DNA of 64,000 nt from an uncultured Bacilli bacterium (GTDB lineage Bacteria; Bacillota_I; Bacilli_A; RF39; UBA660), in the NCBI GenBank assembly GCA_910587325.1, contig CAJUKB010000002.1:32349-96348 (forward strand), in the 5' to 3' direction. The notes below the pieces were generated by a model that searched no databases, was not told where the DNA came from, and worked only from the letters and a program-made list of their open reading frames with translations. Below are positions 58,110 to 64,000 of this stretch, piece by piece. The stretch's first letter is position 1. Each line of letters begins with the position of its first letter. The translations under genes were made by a program, and so were the position numbers.

Positions 58110-59030
58110 TTACTCCCCTTTTATACTTCCAATTATTTTTCGTGTCTTTTGAACTCCACCGGTAACTTCATAGCAATCGTTAATGACAAAGAAGGCATTT
58201 TTATCTATTTCTAAAACGGTTTCTTTAAATAAATAATAATCCTTATTCGGCACTACACACATTAAAACATGATTTTCTTCTCCACTAAATCCACCTTTTG
58301 CATTAAAAATGGTTACCCCTGTTTTTAACTCGTCCATGATAAAGTCTTTTACTTTTTCTTCTTCCTTGGTGTAGATAAAGAATAGTTTGCTATTGGATAT
58401 ACCGATAATAATTCTATCAATTAACATGGTATTTAAAAATAAAACAATTAAAGAATAAATAAATTTATTGGCTCCGAAAATAATTAGGCCAAATACCATA
58501 ATAACGATATTAATAGAAAAAACAGCTTTTCCTTCTGGTAATTTTCCGTATTTATTGACAATCTTCATTACTACATCACTACCTCCGGTATTAAATCCGG
58601 TTTTGTAAATCAAGCCATTAGCAACTCCACATAAAACGCCTCCGATTAAGGCAACTATAATGGTAGAATCAAATTCTAAATGAGGAAGTAAATAAATAGC
58701 AAGTGGCTCTGTAATGCTAACAAAAACAGGATACAAAATAGAACCAAGTATACAACGTCTTGTTTCTTTCCAACCTAAAAAGAAAAAGGCAAGTAAAATC
58801 AATATAAAACTAGAAATACCAATAAAAATAGCAGGGTTTAAACCAAAAAGCTCTTTTAAAATAATTGCAAGTCCACTTGTTCCTCCAATAACAAAATTGT
58901 TCGGAGATAAAAATAAATTATAGTTTAAAGCAAGTAGAGCGACACTAAAAATAAGAATAAAACTTCTAATATAAAAATTTTTTTTGGTTACAGCTTCTCT
59001 AATACTTCTTAAATCAAAATTTAAATCCAT
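58110..59030 (-). CDS. YitT-family membrane protein (with C-terminal DUF2179-like domain)
   Basis: Multi-TM region with the GGTSG / GFNTGGSDV motifs, and the C-terminal soluble domain typical of YitT. ATG at 59030 after GGTGA. Confidence 0.75.
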   Translation of the reverse strand: MDLNFDLRSIREAVTKKNFYIRSFILIFSVALLALNYNLFLSPNNFVIGGTSGLAIILKELFGLNPAIFIGISSFILILLAFFFLGWKETRRCILGSILYPVFVSITEPLAIYLLPHLEFDSTIIVALIGGVLCGVANGLIYKTGFNTGGSDVVMKIVNKYGKLPEGKAVFSINIVIMVFGLIIFGANKFIYSLIVLFLNTMLIDRIIIGISNSKLFFIYTKEEEKVKDFIMDELKTGVTIFNAKGGFSGEENHVLMCVVPNKDYYLFKETVLEIDKNAFFVINDCYEVTGGVQKTRKIIGSIKGE

Positions 59031-59111
59031 ATTATTCACCATATCTATTATACTAAAGTTTATCATAATTTGAAACCATAACCATATACATTACTAGAGG
59101 TGAAATTTTAA

Positions 59112-59492
59112 ATGAATGGTAGTTACTATCAAAATCCAACATTTCCAGGAGCAAATGACAATATAGGTTTTAACGGAAATTATACAACACAGAGTACTCC
59201 TCCAGGAAATATAAGCTATAATCCTGATATAGATATGGAACAAAGTTACATTGAAAACATTTTAAGACTAAATAAAGGGCAAAGAGTTAGAGCTTACGTA
59301 TCTTATCCGGATTCTGTAGAATGGCGTGATAGAGTTTATAATGGCATTATTGAAGAAGCAGGAAAAGACCACTTAATTATTAGTGATCCTAATACAGGAA
59401 AATGGTATTTAATTCGTATGATTTACTTAGATTATGTTGAATTTGATGAACGTATTCACTATAGTCATGCTTATTCAGAAAAAACTTTTTAG
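59112..59492 (+). CDS. gerQ: Spore coat protein GerQ family
   Basis: QSYIENILRLNKG..V..YVS......W....Y.GIIEEAGKDHLIISDPNTGKWYLIRMIYLDYVEF matches the GerQ core. Confidence 0.8.
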   Translation: MNGSYYQNPTFPGANDNIGFNGNYTTQSTPPGNISYNPDIDMEQSYIENILRLNKGQRVRAYVSYPDSVEWRDRVYNGIIEEAGKDHLIISDPNTGKWYLIRMIYLDYVEFDERIHYSHAYSEKTF

Positions 59493-59520
59493 ACAAGAAC
59501 AGCGTTTCTTGTTTTTCTTT
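59493..59520 (+). terminator. Intrinsic terminator after gerQ
   Basis: ACAAGAA-CAGCGT-TTCTTGT directly after the TAG stop, followed by TTTTCTTT. Confidence 0.7.
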
Positions 59521-59554
59521 ACTTCTATAAAAAAGTATATTAAACTTATTTTAA

Positions 59555-59791
59555 GCGAGACACATAAATAGTGCTTGCTATTTAGAACATTCACCATCTT
59601 AACAGATGGTGTCTTTTAATGTTTCTCAAGAACCAAAACCCGTCTGAATTTAATCATCTAGTTAAATAGTATCAAGAGAATGATTATAACAATCAAGAGT
59701 AAAATAAGAAATTCTTTTTTGGGAGTCTAGCCGCTACCTCCGTAAAATTATTTTTTAAAGTAGCAAACACAACCTGTTTTTTGCATCTCGC
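59555..59791 (-). ncRNA. Candidate structured small RNA (family unknown; 6S-like topology possible)
   Basis: The predicted transcription start at 59791 opens a 10-bp helix (GCGAGAUGCA with UGUGUCUCGC, 59564-59555). A 13-bp helix follows (GUGUUUGCUA-C-UUU with AAAUAGCAAGCAC). Three G-U pairs would be A-C mismatches on the other strand. An internal extended hairpin spans 59584-59626. No plausible ORF, and no downstream gene on this strand. Confidence 0.4.
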
Positions 59792-59797
59792 AAGAAC

Positions 59798-59826
59798 ACT
59801 ATATAACATGAGAAAATGAAATGCAA
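59798..59826 (-). promoter_or_regulatory. Orphan sigma-A type promoter driving the candidate sRNA
   Basis: On the minus strand, TTGCAT (59826-59821), 17 nt, TATAGT (59803-59798). It shares TTGCATTTCAT and ATATAGTGTT strings with the S10 operon promoter region. Confidence 0.5.
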
Positions 59827-59862
59827 ATCACTAATTTTCCAAATTGGAGTTCCAAAATAACA

Positions 59863-59878
59863 AATTGAAGCTTCAATT
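59863..59878. promoter_or_regulatory. Perfect 16-bp palindrome upstream of the sRNA promoter (possible operator/activator site)
   Basis: AATTGAAG|CTTCAATT, centred about 80 bp upstream of the predicted start. CAAATTG recurs 21 bp away (59840-59846 and 59861-59867). Confidence 0.3.
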
Positions 59879-59921
59879 CCCCAAAAGAAAAGCTAAATTT
59901 ATTAAAATTGAATATAACTTT

Positions 59922-59951
59922 AACAAAATTAGCAAAATTTTAATTTTTGCT
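59922..59951 (-). terminator. Intrinsic terminator after the MBL-fold hydrolase gene
   Basis: On the minus strand, AGCAAAA-ATTAAAA-TTTTGCT followed by AATTTTGTT. Confidence 0.5.
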
Positions 59952-59966
59952 TATTTTTTTATTTTA

Positions 59967-60464
59967 TTAAAAATAATATTTAAATAATCTTTTTTCATTG
60001 CCTAACATAGAAGAAGGTCCATGTCCCGGATAGATTTTTATATCATCTTCGTATTTTTCTATTTTCTCTAAACTCTCTTGCATTTCTTTTTCACTTCCTC
60101 CAGGTAAATCCATTCGTCCAATAGTTCCTTGAAATAAAAAGTCTCCTGTAAACATTATTTTTTCTTGTGGAAAATAAAAGGTTAGAGAATCCTTTGAATG
60201 TCCTGGTGTTTTTATTACTTCATAGAAAAACTCTTTTGTCTTTCCATTATGTTGTAAGCCATATTTTTCTTCAAAATAGGACAAAGATCCTACATGGTCA
60301 AAATGATTATGAGTTAGAAAAATACCAACTAACTCTAAGCCTTTTAACTCATTTTCTATTTTTTCGTATTCATCTCCGGGATCTATTAAAATCCCTTTAC
60401 TTTCCTTGCTTACTATATAACAATTTGCTTGCAAAGCTCCAACAGGAATACATTTGATTTGCAT
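59967..60464 (-). CDS. MBL-fold metallo-hydrolase (glyoxalase II-like)
   Basis: THNHFDHVG metal motif, later TPGHS and a GD...GR block. 165 aa. Confidence 0.8.
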   Translation of the reverse strand: MQIKCIPVGALQANCYIVSKESKGILIDPGDEYEKIENELKGLELVGIFLTHNHFDHVGSLSYFEEKYGLQHNGKTKEFFYEVIKTPGHSKDSLTFYFPQEKIMFTGDFLFQGTIGRMDLPGGSEKEMQESLEKIEKYEDDIKIYPGHGPSSMLGNEKRLFKYYF

Positions 60465-60559
60465 AGAATTTCCTCTTTTCTTTTTTTATTATAACATTCT
60501 TATTAAATAAATTAGAAATTAATGGTATAATGAATTAGTGAAGTATGTAGGTGAAGTAT

Positions 60560-61105
60560 ATGAATTTTTTTACTGTTTTATTAATCTTTATTATATTAAT
60601 TGCTAGTCTTGCTATAGTCTATATTTCTTACTTTAATAAAATGCAATACTTGAAAACGAAACTAGAAAATGCGGAAGGGATTATCGATGAATTGTTAAGA
60701 AAAAGATACGATATGTTAGCAAGAGCCGATAGTATTGTAAAATCTAGTTTAAACGATGGAAAAGAATATTTTAAAGAGTATATACAGTTAAAGACGCAAA
60801 AAATCACAAACTTTGATATGGACAGAAAATTAAAAGAAGCTTTCAATACTCTTGAAAAATTTAAAGACGATTATCCTGAACTTGGGAGCCATAAAGAACT
60901 AAAGGAAATCTTTACTTCTATCAAAGAATCAGACGAAAAAATAGCAGCTATTACAAGCTATTATAATAAGAATACTAATCTATTAAATGGCTATATACGG
61001 AAATTCCCTTCTAATATTATTGCAAAATTTCATCAATTTAAAATCAGTTCTTTCTTTGATGGTAAAGATATGACAGATGAAATTTATGACGATTTTAAGC
61101 TATAA
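60560..61105 (+). CDS. lemA: LemA family protein
   Basis: N-terminal TM, then the LLRKRYDML pattern typical of LemA. ATG at 60560 after AGGTGA. Confidence 0.75.
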   Translation: MNFFTVLLIFIILIASLAIVYISYFNKMQYLKTKLENAEGIIDELLRKRYDMLARADSIVKSSLNDGKEYFKEYIQLKTQKITNFDMDRKLKEAFNTLEKFKDDYPELGSHKELKEIFTSIKESDEKIAAITSYYNKNTNLLNGYIRKFPSNIIAKFHQFKISSFFDGKDMTDEIYDDFKL

Positions 61106-61140
61106 AAAACAACCTTTACAATTTTAATGGTTGTTTTTTA
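61104..61140. terminator. Bidirectional terminator shared by lemA and ung
   Basis: AAAAAACAACC...GGTTGTTTTTT inverted repeat with a 14-nt loop. The U-run is available in both orientations. It overlaps the ung 3' end. Confidence 0.55.
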
Positions 61141-61795
61141 AATCCCAATCAATAGGAGTTATATTATTTTTTATTAAGAAGTTATTTGTTTTAGAAAAAG
61201 GTCTACTACCAAAGAAACCATAACTTGCAGAATAAGGACTTGGATGTGCAGAGGTTAATACCAAATGTTTTGGATTGGTAATTAATACTTTTTTTTCTTT
61301 CGCAAAATTACCCCATAATATAAAAACAACCGGTTCTTCATTATTATTTAATGATTTGATAATATAATCTGTAAGTCGCTCCCACCCTAGTTTTCTATGA
61401 CTTGCCGGTGTATCTTTTACAACCGTTAGTACAGCATTTAATAAAAGCACTCCTTGTTTTGCCCAATAAGTTAAATCTCCTTCATTATAAGGCGTAATTC
61501 CCAAATCACTTTCTAGTTCTTTATAAATATTTTTAAGAGATGGCGGCACTTTAATTCCTTTTTGAACAGAGAAAGATAGTCCATGAGCTTCTCCTTCGCC
61601 ATGATAAGGGTCTTGTCCAACAATTACCACTTTCACATCTTTGTATGGTGTTAACTTTAAAGCATTAAAGATATAATCTTTTGGAGGAAAAATTGTTTTT
61701 GTATTGTATTCATTTTCTACAATACTATAAAACTTTTTAAATCCTTCACTTTCAAATACTATTTTTAGGACTTCATCCCAATCATTATTTAACAT
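61124..61795 (-). CDS. ung: Uracil-DNA glycosylase (family 1)
   Basis: VVIVGQDPYHG water-activating loop, GVLLLN, HPSPYS. Confidence 0.95.
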   Translation of the reverse strand: MLNNDWDEVLKIVFESEGFKKFYSIVENEYNTKTIFPPKDYIFNALKLTPYKDVKVVIVGQDPYHGEGEAHGLSFSVQKGIKVPPSLKNIYKELESDLGITPYNEGDLTYWAKQGVLLLNAVLTVVKDTPASHRKLGWERLTDYIIKSLNNNEEPVVFILWGNFAKEKKVLITNPKHLVLTSAHPSPYSASYGFFGSRPFSKTNNFLIKNNITPIDWDLKNNH

Positions 61796-61796
61796 A

Positions 61797-62549
61797 TTAC
61801 TGCTCCTTTTTTGTTCTTGTTAATTGGTAATCTTTCATTGTTACATAACTATAGCTATGTGTTTGCTCTATAAAACGACCATTAAGAGTTTGAGATACTC
61901 CCCAATCTTTTAAGTCATTACATCCTACTTTTATATTTAAAATATCATGTTCTCGTCCATCAATATATTCATTGATTATTTTTTTATAAATTACTCCAAA
62001 AGGAGCAGTCTGATTTATAATAAAAGTAAAATCTGTAATATTTGGAATCATTGTTTTTATCTCTGGTAGGTAATATTCTAAGAAAACATTGCTTATTTCC
62101 ATTTCTTTTACTAATTTTTGATTGATTTCACTATTTTCAATATAATCTAAATATAAATCTTTACTAATTTCTTGGCAATTTTGTAATACTTTTTGGGCAT
62201 TATCAAATGTTGTAAAAACATCCCCTAATAAAAATGGTAACATATTTTCTAGCTTCTCTAATTCTTCACTTGGTAAATCTTTTGCTAGTTTTTCAAAAAG
62301 TAAAGAAGAAAGTACAAATTCAATATGGTCTCTTTCTAATAAATCTGCTGTTATATCTAAAGGTGTATTTTCATAATCAGGCAGTCCAACGTAATCTGTA
62401 TAAATTATAAAAGGTTGTTCTTTATCCCTATCATACTTATATTCATTTGCTAAATGCATTAAATATTTTATTCGTTCTTGTTCTTCTCCATAAACAAATA
62501 CATGTTGCCAACGTATAATTGCTTCCTTTAACACTTCACTATATTCCAT
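61797..62549 (-). CDS. Hypothetical acidic protein (250 aa), translationally coupled to ung
   Basis: Intact ORF whose stop codon (61797-61799) lies 1 nt before the ung ATG (61795). I recognise no family. Confidence 0.45.
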   Translation of the reverse strand: MEYSEVLKEAIIRWQHVFVYGEEQERIKYLMHLANEYKYDRDKEQPFIIYTDYVGLPDYENTPLDITADLLERDHIEFVLSSLLFEKLAKDLPSEELEKLENMLPFLLGDVFTTFDNAQKVLQNCQEISKDLYLDYIENSEINQKLVKEMEISNVFLEYYLPEIKTMIPNITDFTFIINQTAPFGVIYKKIINEYIDGREHDILNIKVGCNDLKDWGVSQTLNGRFIEQTHSYSYVTMKDYQLTRTKKEQ

Positions 62550-62598
62550 ACACTAACCCTCTTATTTAAAGTTTAACATTAAAATTTTTTATTTTCTA

Positions 62599-63036
62599 CT
62601 ATTTATGATAACTTTCATTGTTTCTAATTTTAAAGGCACGATAGATTTGTTCAAGTAATATCCCTCTGAATAATCCATGAGGAAATGTCATTTTGGAAAA
62701 AGAGAGTGCACATTGGCTTAAGCTTTTAATTTTTTTAGATAAACCTAGCGAACTTCCTATTACAAAGGTAATATTGCTATGGGTAATAAATGTTTTGTCT
62801 ATTACACTTGCAAGCTCTTCACTCGTCATTTCTTTACCTTCTATTTCTAAGGTAATAACAAAATCTTTTACTTCTATGTATTTTAAAATGTTTTCCTCTT
62901 CTTTTTCTAAGGAATCTTCATCTTTTAATTCAATGATTTCTAGTTTATGATAACGATTAATTCTTTTTACATAATCATTTACTAACTCTATTAAATACTT
63001 TTCTTTTAACTTTCCCAAGCAAATAATTTTAATCAT
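62599..63036 (-). CDS. rlmH: 23S rRNA (pseudouridine1915-N3)-methyltransferase RlmH
   Basis: SPOUT C-terminus: FVIGSS.GLS, TFPHGLFRGILLEQIYRAFKI..NESYHK. Confidence 0.9.
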   Translation of the reverse strand: MIKIICLGKLKEKYLIELVNDYVKRINRYHKLEIIELKDEDSLEKEEENILKYIEVKDFVITLEIEGKEMTSEELASVIDKTFITHSNITFVIGSSLGLSKKIKSLSQCALSFSKMTFPHGLFRGILLEQIYRAFKIRNNESYHK

Positions 63037-63791
63037 ACAACCTCCGTTATACTAGAGCGTTTGGCACAAGTTACTTCTTTAAAGTTTATATCATATTCTT
63101 TAAAAGTTTCGCGGACCATTTCTAATGCTTTTTCTTCAGTATTGTTGATATGACTTAAGTGCATCAAAATAATTTTCTTGGTATGAGGTCCAATAAGTTT
63201 ACTTAAATAGAAAGCAGAATCTTTATTGGATAAATGTCCATAACTACCCACTACTCTTGTTTTTAACCATTTAGGATAGGGGCCATTTAGAAGCATTTCT
63301 ATATCATGGTTGCTTTCAAACAAATAAATCTCTTTATCCTTTAGTAGAGAAAAGTATTTACGATTTACGTAACCAGTATCGGTTACATAAACAACAGATT
63401 TTCCTTTATGTTCTACAATAAAGTTTCTTGCATCGGGGGCATCATGAGATGATTTAAAGCTTTTAATTTTTATATCTTTTAGATATATGTCATCTTCATA
63501 AATAATAATGTTTTCATAAGTTTTAATATCTTCCAAGTCATAAAACATTTGCTGACTTAATAAAACAGTAGTTTTGTAACGATTTACAAATGTTTTTAAA
63601 GCACTTGTGTGGTCTTTATGGGTGTGGCTAATCACAATGTAATCAATTTCTTCAGGAGAAGTACCAATTTCTAAAAGTTTTTCTTTAATGTATTTGGCAT
63701 TTCTCCCTAAATCAATTAGCAGTTTGGTTTCATCGGTTTCTATATAAGTAGAATTTCCTTCAGAACCACTTGCTAAAACAACAACTTTCAT
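63033..63791 (-). CDS. MBL-fold metallo-hydrolase, YycJ/WalJ-like
   Basis: LASGSEGNSTYIE, ISHTHKDH. Position upstream of rlmH, as in the Bacillus yycJ-rlmH neighbourhood. Confidence 0.8.
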   Translation of the reverse strand: MKVVVLASGSEGNSTYIETDETKLLIDLGRNAKYIKEKLLEIGTSPEEIDYIVISHTHKDHTSALKTFVNRYKTTVLLSQQMFYDLEDIKTYENIIIYEDDIYLKDIKIKSFKSSHDAPDARNFIVEHKGKSVVYVTDTGYVNRKYFSLLKDKEIYLFESNHDIEMLLNGPYPKWLKTRVVGSYGHLSNKDSAFYLSKLIGPHTKKIILMHLSHINNTEEKALEMVRETFKEYDINFKEVTCAKRSSITEVV

Positions 63792-64000
63792 TATCTATAA
63801 TACTTCATTGGATTTTGCCAAACGCCACCTTTATTTGGCTCTCCAATAGATATTCCATAGTGTAAGTGAACTCCTGTTGAGGAACCACTACTTCCCATAT
63901 ATCCAATAACTTCTCCACGTGTCACTCTATCTCCTACATTTACTTCCACATTTTGCATTAAATGGGCATACATCGTATAGAATCCATCTTGGTGATTAAT
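63791..64000 (-). CDS. M23-family peptidase (C-terminal part; 5' end beyond window)
   Basis: YAHL...V.VGD.V..GEVIGYMGSSGSSTGVHLHYG M23 signature. The frame remains open to the window edge. Confidence 0.8.
   Translation of the reverse strand: MNHQDGFYTMYAHLMQNVEVNVGDRVTRGEVIGYMGSSGSSTGVHLHYGISIGEPNKGGVWQNPMKYYR

Noticed and set aside
59690-59810. A 38-codon ORF (MLYSVLARCKKQVVFATLKNNFTEVAARLPKKNFLFYS) and other mini-ORFs inside the candidate sRNA region.
   Set aside because: Its ATG overlaps the predicted -10 element, so it would lie upstream of the transcription start. It has no RBS. The other mini-ORFs also lack an RBS.
1-64000. An alternative genetic code (Mollicutes-like TGA=Trp), given the AT-richness and the Erysipelotrichia/Mollicutes-like features.
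   Set aside because: Long conserved proteins (UvrA, Tex, ClpC, SecY, RpoA and others) translate full-length and collinear under the standard code, with no need to read through TGA.
1-64000. tRNA, rRNA, CRISPR arrays, or intact IS elements and prophage genes.
   Set aside because: I saw no cloverleaf-type GTTCGAATC motifs outside coding sequence, no spaced direct-repeat arrays, and no integrase or transposase apart from the decayed Rpn-like gene.

Overview
This is a very AT-rich, standard-code chromosome segment from a low-GC Bacillota genome. spo0A, gerQ and whiA point to an endospore-forming lineage. Nearly all genes are on the minus strand. The core content is the complete S10-spc-alpha ribosomal supercluster (rpsJ to rplQ, about 24.7-38.8 kb, with secY, adk, map, infA, rpmJ and rpoA, but no rpmD). 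Other housekeeping genes are asnB, an LtaS-family synthase, tex, trxB, lgt, uvrA, cysS, clpC, clpP, whiA, ftsE-ftsX with a coiled-coil M23 hydrolase, ung and rlmH. A glycolytic cluster (gap / pgk-tpiA / gpmI) is broken up by unrelated genes. I found no tRNA, rRNA, CRISPR array or intact mobile element. The observations I rank highest: (1) a full-length GluRS homologue at the conserved gltX-cysS position has lost its class-I catalytic signatures; (2) a G10 homopolymer lies in the first codons of a strongly promoted membrane protein gene, suggesting a slipped-strand phase-variation switch; (3) an orphan consensus-like promoter in a 470-bp gene-free region is followed by about 240 nt whose ends form a long closing helix, a candidate structured sRNA; (4) an accessory surface-protein cluster sits immediately upstream of the S10 operon and includes a 481-aa prepilin-type protein with a Cys-rich tail; (5) a small decayed island holds a triple-broken Rpn-family nuclease gene and an amidoligase-like orphan driven by a perfect TTGACA-17-TATAAT promoter. 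All functional calls rest on motif recognition by eye. No database search or RNA folding was run.
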